From a virus: a stretch of DNA of 64,000 bases. Below are positions 10,577 through 19,715 of this stretch, in pieces (position 1 is the first letter of the stretch; each line of letters starts with the position of its first letter). The stretch covers positions 10,146 to 74,145 of the IMG/VR virus record IMGVR_UViG_3300020195_000020, one strand, 5' to 3'. The translations under genes were made by a program, and so were the position numbers. The notes beneath the pieces were generated by a model. That model searched no databases and was not told the DNA's origin. It saw nothing but the letters and a program-made list of their open reading frames with translations.

Positions 10577-13500
10577 CGATCGAACGGAATCCAGACCGTC
10601 CTGGTTCGAACAGCGCCCCGCTCGTGATGCGCTTTCGCCTGCAGGAAACCTTGCAACCTGGTGCGGCCGCCACGGCCAAGATCCTCAAATACAGTCAAGC
10701 GGCCACCGACCTGGTGGAGCTCGCCAGCGCCAACGTCGGCCTGAGCGTGCATGCGACGTTCTTTCGGGCGTTCGGGGCCGAGGGTGAGGACGGCTGGGCC
10801 ATGTGGCATGGCGACAGCCAGCGGTGGGAAGTGGTCTCGATGGAGGGATCGCTACTGCGCCACGGCACCGCGGCTGAGACGATCGCGGAGAACGCTACCG
10901 GCGACGTCGCCTTGTATTGGAACGACGGCGGCAGCGAGGCCAGCCTTGGCATCACGGTCCCAGCTCGCAATATCGGGTCCGAGGTCGAAAACGGCACGAA
11001 GGTGCAAATCTGGTACGAGCCGCACGGCGAAAAGTGGTACGTGGCCAGCGGCTCCGGCTCTGGCGGGGCGATCGTGAGCGTCGAGAGCTCCAGTTTTGGC
11101 GAGACGACTTGCCTGCTGCCCGGCAAGGTGCAGTCGATCGAGGGCACGTTCACGGCCGCGTGCTCCAGCCCGTTTACTCCGGGCGAGGACTGTTGGCTGC
11201 TGGTGCTCAATTCCGATGGCGGCTCGATGGGTTTTCCCAAGAAGCCGTTGAACGTCGGCGAGCTCTATCAGGGCACCCTGGTGACAACGCTCTCGGGCGT
11301 GTCGGTCTACGCGATTCGCGACGGCGGCACGAGCGCCGCGAAGGCCTGGCACGCGCTGGCCGTGGACGCCGTAGATGCCGGCGATTCTGGCACGTTCTCG
11401 CGGGTCGATGCGTCGGAAGTCGTCGCCGAAAACTGGACCAACGACTCGGATATGGCGCCTTACGACAAGGTCGTCATCATCCAGGACCCGATCGATGGGC
11501 AGTATTACGCGTTCATGGGCGGTTCGTCAGCGACGGTCGACGTCAGCACCGGCGTCGACATCATCATCCCCGGAGACACCGGCGACCTGGAGCTTTCGAC
11601 CACCGTCGTCGTCGAAGTCACGAACCCCACCGATCTGTCGATCTTCGCGAACAATAGTGCGATCTCGTTCATGCTCGATGGCGAACGCGTTGTCGTTCCG
11701 CAGGGCACGCATATTTTCCACCTGGTCTGCCCAACGCCAGGCGTCGACGCCGGCGAGACAATTTCGGTAACGCTTCCCGATGGCCGCCCTGTCGACGCGG
11801 TGAACTGGACGGGTTACAAGATCGTCACAGAGCAAAAGATCTTTGTTGGTTTGGATCGGTCGGACGGGATTTGGTACATCTGGCCGAGCACCGACCCGCG
11901 GGTCTGGAATCATTTCCTGACGGAGCTGCAAAACCCCCTGCTCTCCAGCGACGCAAACGCGAACGTCAAGCCTTCGATTCCGTCCTGGAAATACACCGAG
12001 GTGGGCGAGATACCCATCGCACCCTACGACGTGCTGAACCCGCTCGGCCTCTATGGCAATGCCGGCGACAAGTGCATCGTGGCCGAGCTGCCTGGCATCG
12101 CCGACGGAGCGCCGACGGAAACCCGCTGTCGCGTGACCGCGGTTTTCAACCAGCACCGGATTTACCACTCTACGGCGAGCGACGCGATTGCCGCTGGCGA
12201 AGACGGAGCGGTCTTACTCTCAACCGGCGAAGAGGTGGTCGCGACCAATTGGTCCGATGACAGCGACATAAAGGCCGAGGCCAAGATCCTGGTTTATCAG
12301 GACCCGGCGAACGGAAAGTATTATGCCCAGAATCCCAGCGGCAAGCCGGTTCAGATTAAGCGATTCGAGCTCCTTGAGGCGCTTCCGCTCGGCGGAGTTT
12401 CCGTGGCCAACTTTGTGGTCTACGAAGCGGGGGAATGGGTAACAACTGTTGAAGGTGGCATCGTGGCCGACTTCACCGGCAACAGCTTTCGCGGAAGCGT
12501 GGGCGATCGCGGCTGGTGCATCGCGATGCCGGACGACAATGACCAGTACGAGATTCTCTGGCTTCGGGGTGAATTCATAATAACGGAGTGTATTGCCGGC
12601 GGGCCAATTCGAGTGCGGGAAGTTGGTGAAATTGCGGCCATGGGGGACTCGCTGTTTGCGATAAACATCGGTGCCGATCCGATCGAGGTCGGCAACACAG
12701 CTCTCCTAATCGTCGACACATACACCAACGACCAGCTAGTTTTTCGCACCGGCACGCCTTTGCTCATTCGCATGCAGGGCAGCGACTTCGCTCAGGGCCC
12801 GATAAATTCTTATTGCATTGGGGCCATCCAGGGTGTTGAGGCGGCGTCCTATAGCGGATCGGTCGCCGTTAGCGTCCAACCACCAAACGCGACTTTCACT
12901 GGGCTGACGCTGCCTAACCACGTCGGCAATCTCGAGGAAACTCCGGATACGAGCTACGACATTGGTAGCGCCCAGCAGTTGCAGATTGTCCACGTCGTGT
13001 ATGCCGGTGAGACGCCACCCACGCTAGGCGATATGTGGGGCCCCAAGCCAGGCGACACCCGGCTCTACAAGGGGCACCCCGGCTACGTTGCCATCGGAGC
13101 GGATTCTGAGCTGTACTACGGTGTCAATGGCGCGGCCCACACCGCTACCTTTGAGAAACAGCCGGTCCAGCTCCTACTCGTCAAGCTGACGAGCCAGGCA
13201 CTCAACAACGACGCGACTCAGGACTATACGATTCAGTGTGGTAGCCAGGGCGCCGAAGCCGACGGCGGCTGGCCCGATGTCCCGCCAGCTTATAACCGCA
13301 GCGGAAGAGTGCTTGCATCGGATGAAATGTGCGTCGCAATTCGGCTTCCGAGCGGCTGGGAATTGGTGCCGCTACTGGCCGGGTCCACTGCCCTGCGTGA
13401 GTATTGGGGCTTTCTGACAGCCAACATGCTGCGCAGCGATTCCACGGGCGCGGTCGACGGAGTTCTCGCTCTCGACGGTGGCAGCGACCCCGGCATCACG

Positions 13501-13626
13501 ACCGTTACAAACCTGCTCGACCTGGCCGGCTTGGACAATGACCGCTGCCTGATCGGTGAGGATAAATCCAACCCCGAGGAGACGGTCTACTTCTTCAAGA
13601 ACATCATGCACCACGACTGCGATTGA
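10573..13626 (+). CDS. Large tail fibre/spike-like protein built of tandem beta-rich repeats
   Basis: 1017 aa, acidic; recurring ~55-aa units such as AIAAGEDGAV..VVATNWSDDSD..KILVYQDP..GKYYA. Confidence 0.55.
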   Translation: MTIERNPDRPGSNSAPLVMRFRLQETLQPGAAATAKILKYSQAATDLVELASANVGLSVHATFFRAFGAEGEDGWAMWHGDSQRWEVVSMEGSLLRHGTAAETIAENATGDVALYWNDGGSEASLGITVPARNIGSEVENGTKVQIWYEPHGEKWYVASGSGSGGAIVSVESSSFGETTCLLPGKVQSIEGTFTAACSSPFTPGEDCWLLVLNSDGGSMGFPKKPLNVGELYQGTLVTTLSGVSVYAIRDGGTSAAKAWHALAVDAVDAGDSGTFSRVDASEVVAENWTNDSDMAPYDKVVIIQDPIDGQYYAFMGGSSATVDVSTGVDIIIPGDTGDLELSTTVVVEVTNPTDLSIFANNSAISFMLDGERVVVPQGTHIFHLVCPTPGVDAGETISVTLPDGRPVDAVNWTGYKIVTEQKIFVGLDRSDGIWYIWPSTDPRVWNHFLTELQNPLLSSDANANVKPSIPSWKYTEVGEIPIAPYDVLNPLGLYGNAGDKCIVAELPGIADGAPTETRCRVTAVFNQHRIYHSTASDAIAAGEDGAVLLSTGEEVVATNWSDDSDIKAEAKILVYQDPANGKYYAQNPSGKPVQIKRFELLEALPLGGVSVANFVVYEAGEWVTTVEGGIVADFTGNSFRGSVGDRGWCIAMPDDNDQYEILWLRGEFIITECIAGGPIRVREVGEIAAMGDSLFAINIGADPIEVGNTALLIVDTYTNDQLVFRTGTPLLIRMQGSDFAQGPINSYCIGAIQGVEAASYSGSVAVSVQPPNATFTGLTLPNHVGNLEETPDTSYDIGSAQQLQIVHVVYAGETPPTLGDMWGPKPGDTRLYKGHPGYVAIGADSELYYGVNGAAHTATFEKQPVQLLLVKLTSQALNNDATQDYTIQCGSQGAEADGGWPDVPPAYNRSGRVLASDEMCVAIRLPSGWELVPLLAGSTALREYWGFLTANMLRSDSTGAVDGVLALDGGSDPGITTVTNLLDLAGLDNDRCLIGEDKSNPEETVYFFKNIMHHDCD

Positions 13627-13627
13627 G

Positions 13628-16078
13628 ATGGTCGATAAGCTCTACACACAGCATGACCGCCTGGTCACGCCCAATGACCGCCTCACAGCCAGCTCAGTCT
13701 GTTGCTGCCCGAGTTGCATCATCTGCGAGGATTCCTTCGAGCGATCGAACAACAGCAACATCAACACCGGCGCGCCCATGATCTGGGCGGGCGGCACGAG
13801 CGACTTCACGATCAACGGCAATCGGCTGCGGACTGTCGTTAGTGGCGCGGCAGTTACTGGCTGCTCGGGCGATCGCGTCACCGTCTCGATCAAGCGAACG
13901 AACTCTGGCGGCACCTACACCACGAGCCAGGCGAGTGTCAAACTCGGCTCGGTCATTGCGACCATCACGTTCCCGTCCAGTGCCGGCGAGCCCGGACGGA
14001 TTGCCATCACGGGCGGCGGCGTCAACGTAGGAACCGTCAACTACGTTGATGTCCCTGAGATTGTCAATGAGGCCCAGATCACACTCTGCGTGCGGCAGAT
14101 TCGCCCCTACAACGACACCGAGATCGGCTTGCTGGGCGTTCACCTATACTCAGCCCATGGCAATAAGACCGTCTCGGGGTACATCGGCTCGACGGCGTTC
14201 GATCCCGACGCGGGCACCTATGGCACGTCTGGCCTCGGAACTGGCACGATCGACACCACGCATAGCCAGATATTCTTCATCGACTTCAAGGTGCAGCACC
14301 TACGAGGCGCCGAAGGGGACGACTACGAGGCGTGCCCGCAGTGCCGCCCCCGGCCTTGCTACGCCAGCTCGGACGGCGGCTTCGACCCGCTGGGGACCAC
14401 GAGCGAGGGCAAGTGGACAGTCCTCAGTGGAACCTGGCCAGGCGGTCCCATCTCCACCGTCGCCTACTCAACGGTCCAGAGCGATGCCCTGAAGTTCGAC
14501 GGCTACGCCAGGGGCGGGTTCATCGAGTGCACCGTTGCTCACTACTCGACCGACACGAATACCCGCATCTATATGACGCGAGCTGGCGCCGGAAGCGCGC
14601 TATCCGCTGCCGACTACGTTGAGCTGGTTCCTCCGCGTGGGCACCAGCAGGGCTGCGTGCGGTTGATGCGGCAAGCCAGCGTACTCGCGGCCGTGCCGTG
14701 GGAAGATGTGGACTTCCCATCGGATATTTATTGCATCTACGGCGCCGGGGTTTGGTATGTCGCGGTATCGGGAGCCCCTGGCATTCTGATCGGTCCACTT
14801 AGTCTCCAGCCATTTGAGCCGGCCATCGGCGTCGGCGCGGCGCCTGTGTCTGGGGGCGGCATTGAGATTTACGGCGCTACGATCGGCCACACAGCCGAGG
14901 ATGGCTATTCCTACTGCACGAGGCACACGGCGGCTTGCGCCGTCTATGACACGTCTGGGCTCCTTTGGACGGACGCCGCCGCCACGCTGCCCAACTGCCA
15001 ATGGAACGTACTCAGCGGGAGCTGGTCTTGGGTCGACACAGACTCGACCGGCTACGTGGCACCGACCACAACCAGCGCCAACGCCTATATCCAGCGGCAG
15101 CAGCCTTACCCCACACTCGCTGCTGGCGGTTGCTTTGAGGCTACGATCGGCTTCAGAAATGTGAGTGACATTGAGGACCTGTTTGGTGCGGGCCTCAAGT
15201 GGGGATGGGACGGTGGGAATAGCCGCGTCGTGGTCAGGTTCCAGGACCCTGACACCTACCTCCCGCTCGCGCCGCGAGGTATGGAGTTGACGTGCGCCGG
15301 CAACAAGAGCGTGTATACAGCCGAGCTATGGCTAGGCGGCGCGAAGGTTGACGAGGTGGGACCCTTCAGCTTGTGCTGGGGCCTGGACTTCAGGATGAAA
15401 ATCTGCCTGGGTCAGGGCGTGGTTCGGGTCTCGGATGCACAGAACGGAATCACGCTGTTCCGTCACGCCACGGATGACTTCGGCAGCGACCCATACTGGG
15501 GTGTTGGCGTGGAGGATATGCCAGCCGGCGTCAAGTTCCGCGTTGCTGTAATGTCCTTGAATCACACGCGCGATCAGCAGTTCGACTACCTTCCGTCAAC
15601 GATGCCCAGCAACTGCGAGATGGCGTTCACCCCGTACATCATCGCAGGCAGTGTCTGCGCTGGCAGTGACAACCTGCCAACCATGCTGAAGATCGTCACT
15701 ACAGGGATCACGTCCTTTGACCCCATGTCGTGTAGCTGCGACGACGCCAATGGTATCTTCTTCCTGCTGCCGGACTACATCGCCACATACGCCGGCAGCG
15801 GTCAAGCCCGCTACAGCTTTCCGTTACCGCCCAATGACCCAGCGACTTGCACGCGAACGGAAGTGCAGCTCGTAGCCGTGATCGGCACGAACTTTGTCTA
15901 CGCCGGCTTCGAGGGCGTGCTGGTGCCTGGGTTCGCTCAGGAGTGGCAGTACAACGACTTCTCGACGCCACCCTACTCGTGCCTGGAGGACCTCGTTGAC
16001 CTCAGCCTCCCTCCCATCAATTCAAGCGTTAGCTGTGACACCTCGTCCAGCACCCTCAAGGTAACGACGATCCGATGA
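13628..16078 (+). CDS. Cys-rich multidomain virion/receptor-binding protein
   Basis: Likely start ATG 13628 just after the upstream stop; CCCPSCIIC N-terminus; repeated W.VLSG.W lectin-like segments. Confidence 0.5.
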   Translation: MVDKLYTQHDRLVTPNDRLTASSVCCCPSCIICEDSFERSNNSNINTGAPMIWAGGTSDFTINGNRLRTVVSGAAVTGCSGDRVTVSIKRTNSGGTYTTSQASVKLGSVIATITFPSSAGEPGRIAITGGGVNVGTVNYVDVPEIVNEAQITLCVRQIRPYNDTEIGLLGVHLYSAHGNKTVSGYIGSTAFDPDAGTYGTSGLGTGTIDTTHSQIFFIDFKVQHLRGAEGDDYEACPQCRPRPCYASSDGGFDPLGTTSEGKWTVLSGTWPGGPISTVAYSTVQSDALKFDGYARGGFIECTVAHYSTDTNTRIYMTRAGAGSALSAADYVELVPPRGHQQGCVRLMRQASVLAAVPWEDVDFPSDIYCIYGAGVWYVAVSGAPGILIGPLSLQPFEPAIGVGAAPVSGGGIEIYGATIGHTAEDGYSYCTRHTAACAVYDTSGLLWTDAAATLPNCQWNVLSGSWSWVDTDSTGYVAPTTTSANAYIQRQQPYPTLAAGGCFEATIGFRNVSDIEDLFGAGLKWGWDGGNSRVVVRFQDPDTYLPLAPRGMELTCAGNKSVYTAELWLGGAKVDEVGPFSLCWGLDFRMKICLGQGVVRVSDAQNGITLFRHATDDFGSDPYWGVGVEDMPAGVKFRVAVMSLNHTRDQQFDYLPSTMPSNCEMAFTPYIIAGSVCAGSDNLPTMLKIVTTGITSFDPMSCSCDDANGIFFLLPDYIATYAGSGQARYSFPLPPNDPATCTRTEVQLVAVIGTNFVYAGFEGVLVPGFAQEWQYNDFSTPPYSCLEDLVDLSLPPINSSVSCDTSSSTLKVTTIR

Positions 16079-16491
16079 AGCGTTGCATCCCAGTAGTTGT
16101 CAACAAGCAACTCACCTGCCTCGGGTGCGGTATCCCGTTCTCGGGTCCGTTCGCCATCTCCGAGGCCGAGATGATTGCGATCGGCAGCGACCTCAACAAG
16201 ATTCACCGGCCGTGCGGTCACGTAGCTATATTGCGAGTTGCGCAGAGCGCCAACCTACACGCGGCGAATCAAGGGATCACGCAGTCGGCGCCACCGCAAC
16301 CGAGAGTGGACTACGCCGGGTGCGTTCATCGCGGTGAGCCGTCGCGGCTAGAGGAATGCCCGACCTGTAGCGGCAGGGTGCAGGTCAAGGTGTTTAAGTG
16401 CGCCGTCCACGGCGAGTGCCAGCTCGAAGCCAAGATCGGCGGCATCAACGTCTGCGGCAGTAGCTGCGAGCAGTTCAGTCCGCCGACCTAA
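16075..16491 (+). CDS. Small Cys-rich protein
   Basis: 138 aa with CxxC motifs and C-terminal CVHRG..CPTC..CAVHGEC..C..C; overlaps upstream stop. Confidence 0.5.
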   Translation: MKRCIPVVVNKQLTCLGCGIPFSGPFAISEAEMIAIGSDLNKIHRPCGHVAILRVAQSANLHAANQGITQSAPPQPRVDYAGCVHRGEPSRLEECPTCSGRVQVKVFKCAVHGECQLEAKIGGINVCGSSCEQFSPPT

Positions 16492-16720
16492 ACTCGCAGC
16501 CGCAGACCTGACAGCGGTTCAGGTAGGTCGACGGGGCGACGCGGATCGAGGATGCCTCGCAGTATGGGCACGGCTTGCGAGAGAATTCCGGAACCGACGC
16601 GATGACGGGAGCGGACTTGGCCGCTGGCTCATCGCCCGGCAAACGAACGAACAGCATCGCCGCCATCACGATTGCCGCGAAGGCTCCAACGATCCAGATT
16701 AGGGCCGCGCCAGGGTTCAT
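16475..16720 (-). CDS. Single-pass membrane protein with C-terminal Zn ribbon
   Basis: MNPGAALIWIVGAFAAIVMAAMLFV TM segment, CPYC...CQVC; ATGA-coupled to the DUF1559 gene. Confidence 0.55.
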   Translation of the reverse strand: MNPGAALIWIVGAFAAIVMAAMLFVRLPGDEPAAKSAPVIASVPEFSRKPCPYCEASSIRVAPSTYLNRCQVCGCEFRSAD

Positions 16721-17892
16721 GGGATGTCGGTTTCGCTTGGTATGACTGTTGACCATGGCGGGCCGCAGAGAGCCGGCATCCCGCTTTGACCAGCGTACAT
16801 GGTTTCCGTCCCGTGACTCGACATGAGGATCGCGTAGATCGAGTACCTGATGTCCTCGCCGATAAACCTTACCGAGCCATCGGCATAGGCCACATTGAAC
16901 CCGCCTGGATGGTTGCTCGCCGGCCGGGCGAACCACCACGCTTTAATATCGGCCGCAGTGACGGCACCAACTGCCGGCGGCAATATCGGCATGCGGTTGA
17001 CTTGAATCGGCGGAAGATCAGGGCCAGCAGGGGGAACGCCCCAGAGCGCTCCCAGACGCCACTCTTCGTCGCCGTAGTTGCGCCAGGTCATGTTCCAGTT
17101 TACCGTCACCGGGATGCCCAGCGTCTCGCCAATCTCGGCGCCGCGATTCTCAGCGAGCATGATCGTCCGGCTCACGCCATCCTGCCTGGTGAGCGTCGCC
17201 GGGTCCATTTTGACGAACGGCTTCTTGTTGCCCGCGGAGCCCGCGTATGCCTGATTAAAGCAGAGCCCGTTCGCGGGCCAGTCGAGCGGGATTGATTGCG
17301 CGTTGTCCACGTCGGCCATCCCGGCGTTCGGGAAGTAGTTCATGGCCGGGCCTTGCAGCGTGGTTACGGAATCGCTGGGGCACAGCAGGACTTCGATCGG
17401 TCGGTTCGGCAGATTGCCCGTCATGCGATACTGCGTATAGATGTCGTTGCGCTCCATATAAGGCAGCAGAGCCGGCACCCAACCAACGTACCCAGGTGTC
17501 GGCACGCCGGTCGGATTTTCACGGGCGTAGACCAACCCAGGAAAGTAGTCCTTGCTGGTGCAGACCTGGATCATCGCCATCGCGGTCTGCCGGATATTGT
17601 TCGTGCAGGTCGCGCGCCGGCCGGCCTCGCGGGCTCGTTGCACGGCCGGAATCAACAGGCCCATCAGCATGGCGATAATGGCGATCACAACCAGCAACTC
17701 GACGAGGGTGAAGGCGCGCCGTTTCATTTTGTTACCTTGAATTGAAGTGCATGCCCGGCGAAGCGTTGCTCGCACCCAATTCGAGAGGTCCATGCCGGAC
17801 TTCTCGGCTTCGGCAAGAAACGCTTGCTTCTCTTCCTTGGTCAGGCGCAGCTCGCAGCGTGCGGTGCGCTCAGGTCGAATCGTTGTGGCCAT
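16717..17892 (-). CDS. Ribbon-helix-helix domain fused to a DUF1559 prepilin-type N-terminal cleavage/methylation (H-X9-DG) protein
   Basis: N-terminus RTARCELRLTKEEKQAFLAEAEKSGMDLSNWVRATL (RHH), then KRRAFTLVELLVVIAIIAMLMGLLIPAVQRAREAGRRATCTNN and HPGGFNVAYADGSVRF; possible second start ATG 17727. Confidence 0.85.
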   Translation of the reverse strand: MATTIRPERTARCELRLTKEEKQAFLAEAEKSGMDLSNWVRATLRRACTSIQGNKMKRRAFTLVELLVVIAIIAMLMGLLIPAVQRAREAGRRATCTNNIRQTAMAMIQVCTSKDYFPGLVYARENPTGVPTPGYVGWVPALLPYMERNDIYTQYRMTGNLPNRPIEVLLCPSDSVTTLQGPAMNYFPNAGMADVDNAQSIPLDWPANGLCFNQAYAGSAGNKKPFVKMDPATLTRQDGVSRTIMLAENRGAEIGETLGIPVTVNWNMTWRNYGDEEWRLGALWGVPPAGPDLPPIQVNRMPILPPAVGAVTAADIKAWWFARPASNHPGGFNVAYADGSVRFIGEDIRYSIYAILMSSHGTETMYAGQSGMPALCGPPWSTVIPSETDIP

Positions 17893-17895
17893 GCC

Positions 17896-17928
17896 GTACA
17901 GTGTACGTACGACGCGAACTTGATACAA
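17896..17928 (-). promoter_or_regulatory. Sigma70-type promoter giving a near-leaderless mRNA, overlapped by a palindrome
   Basis: TTGTAT-17 nt-TACACT, then 7 nt to ATG 17892; palindrome GTACAGTGTAC (17896-17906) covers the -10. Confidence 0.6.
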
Positions 17929-17958
17929 GCTGCACGCCCGATCAGTCGTAGCGTGCGC

Positions 17959-18162
17959 CTATTGGCTATACCCGAGCTCGCCGCCGGCCGGCTCGCGGGG
18001 ATCGTCGCCGCTCTTCACCTGGTTGATAATGCGCACCAGGGCGCGATCGCCAATATGCGGCGCGTGGGCCCGCAAGATCCGCTCGACCCGGCCATGCTCA
18101 CGCTCTAGCGCCGCGTCGACAGCTTGATCGACTGCCGCTTGAACTTCCTCGTTGGTGGCCAT
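17959..18162 (-). CDS. Small hypothetical protein
   Basis: 67 aa, SD GGGAGG, downstream of integrase. Confidence 0.5.
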   Translation of the reverse strand: MATNEEVQAAVDQAVDAALEREHGRVERILRAHAPHIGDRALVRIINQVKSGDDPREPAGGELGYSQ

Positions 18163-18231
18163 CGTCCAGCCCTCCCATGGCAGATTATCATACCCTTCCG
18201 ATGGCTAGTCTCTGTTAGGGCGGCAGATGCG

Positions 18232-19224
18232 TCAACGACTGAGGCCGGCTTTTCGGCCGAACCAGCGGCGAACCAGTGCGATCGTGCGGCGTGTAAGTCC
18301 AATTCGTGGCAATTCTTGGGTGACTGCTGGCAAGCCTGGCCTGGGAAGTATTTTTGCCGCCGACTGCTGTCCGCAGATGGTGGGGTCGAGGTACTTTCGG
18401 GTCGTCTTGCCGTCCTCGTGTCCGAGCATCAATTGAGGATCGAGTCCCAGCCGCTTGCCGTGCGTTGCGGCGCTCTTGCGGAGACAGTGAAAGCGGAATT
18501 GGCGACTGCTCGGCAGGCCCGCGCGGCGCTGCACTTCGGCGTAGCGATAGTAGATGTGGCTCTCGGAAAATGGCCAAGGAAAGACTTCGTCGCCCTTGGA
18601 GAAGGTCCGCAGCCGCCGCAGTAGCGCCACCGTCTCGGCATGCAGCTCGTAGGTCATGTCTTTGCGTTTGCCTTTGCGGAATTCGGCCGGCACCCGCACC
18701 CAGCCGCCGTCCAGGTCGAACCATTCCCATCGCGATTTACGCAGCGGAGAAATCCGCTCGGCGGTGTCCCAGCCGAGGTTGTGCAAAGTCTCCCACCAGA
18801 GGCCCGCCGGCACGGGACCAATGTAGCCTGGCGTGGCGCGGCAGGCGGCAAACAGCGACTCGAGTTGCGGCATGGTCCAGGCCCGTGGATCGCGATCGGG
18901 CTGCACTTCCGGGTCGACGTCGGGCCATTCCTGCAGAAAGCCTTTGCGGCAGGCAAATCGCCAGATGGCCAGGAGCTGCGATCGCTCCTTGTTGGCGCTG
19001 GATGGGCTCAGGCCGCGGCCCATCATCCACGCCATGAGCCGCGAGACGTTGTCGTCGGTTAGATCGACGAGCAATGCGTCGCGCTGGAGAAAGGTGCTGA
19101 AGTTTCGCACCGAGAACGCGTACAGCCGGCGAGTGTTGTCGGCGCGGCCGCGCAACTTCAAGGGGATGTACTGGTCCTCAAAAAACGACTTTAACGACTG
19201 TCCAGGACAAATCATTGCGTTCAC
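18232..19224 (-). CDS. int: Tyrosine recombinase/phage integrase
   Basis: SAM-like N-domain; catalytic R (TAERISPL), K (RKGKR), HxxR (FHCLRKS), LGH and Y (TTRKYL). Confidence 0.9.
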   Translation of the reverse strand: MNAMICPGQSLKSFFEDQYIPLKLRGRADNTRRLYAFSVRNFSTFLQRDALLVDLTDDNVSRLMAWMMGRGLSPSSANKERSQLLAIWRFACRKGFLQEWPDVDPEVQPDRDPRAWTMPQLESLFAACRATPGYIGPVPAGLWWETLHNLGWDTAERISPLRKSRWEWFDLDGGWVRVPAEFRKGKRKDMTYELHAETVALLRRLRTFSKGDEVFPWPFSESHIYYRYAEVQRRAGLPSSRQFRFHCLRKSAATHGKRLGLDPQLMLGHEDGKTTRKYLDPTICGQQSAAKILPRPGLPAVTQELPRIGLTRRTIALVRRWFGRKAGLSR

Positions 19225-19414
19225 CTGATGCCCCGGGTGCTACCCCGCCCCACCTGGGCGTTGTGCTATCCCGAACAACCCTACCACGGGTTTGGTCTCG
19301 CGCTCCTCGTAAACGACCCATCTTGGGCACTCCTCTCCTAGTTTTTCTGATCGCCAAAATGAAAAACCGGCAAAGTTTTCCAGGCCGACGCCGCATGGAT
19401 CGAACAGCCCTTGC

Positions 19415-19432
19415 CAAGTCCTGTCCTCTCCG
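19415..19432 (+). mobile_element. Candidate attP core resembling a tRNA-Ser 3' end
   Basis: CAAGT-CCTGT-CCTCTCC-G equals T-loop half, T-stem, acceptor strand and G discriminator; non-coding, about 190 bp upstream of int. Confidence 0.5.
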
Positions 19433-19605
19433 TTCGCTATCGCACGTTAATTGGCGAGGAAATTGAAGTCAACAAGTTTGCCGAATCGCACGGGACACAG
19501 TCGCAAATCTCTGCGGAATTCCTTACGTGCTCCGCGCAATCGGCCAGTGAAAACGATCGACGAGTTGATGGCGGCGCCAGAGTAGCCGCGCAGCGAAGTG
19601 TGAAA

Positions 19606-19678
19606 AAGAAAATCGGCGGGGCCGGTGCAAGCCGGGCGGCGCTGCTAACGAGCCGTTTGCAACCCCGCCGATTTTCTT
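19606..19678. repeat. 16-bp perfect inverted repeat (long hairpin)
   Basis: AAGAAAATCGGCGGGG (19606-19621) / CCCCGCCGATTTTCTT (19663-19678). Confidence 0.7.
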
Positions 19679-19680
19679 GA

Positions 19681-19709
19681 TTGAAAAGTCTAATTCTTGC
19701 CTTACAATT
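19681..19709 (+). promoter_or_regulatory. Promoter plus operator O1 for the HTH gene
   Basis: TTGAAA-16-TACAAT, ATG 7 nt later; AAGTCTAA-N8-TTACAATT overlaps it. Confidence 0.6.
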
Positions 19710-19715
19710 GGGGCC

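Noticed and set aside
10573-16491. Diversity-generating retroelement acting on tail fibres
   Set aside because: No reverse transcriptase and no TR/VR pair differing at adenines was seen
18232-19224. Integrase as an integron integrase (IntI)
   Set aside because: No evident IntI-specific insertion before the HxxR box; its position next to an attP-like site fits an ordinary phage integrase
19380-19440. Complete tRNA gene
   Set aside because: Only a 3'-end-like 18-mer; no D arm, anticodon arm or 5' acceptor strand
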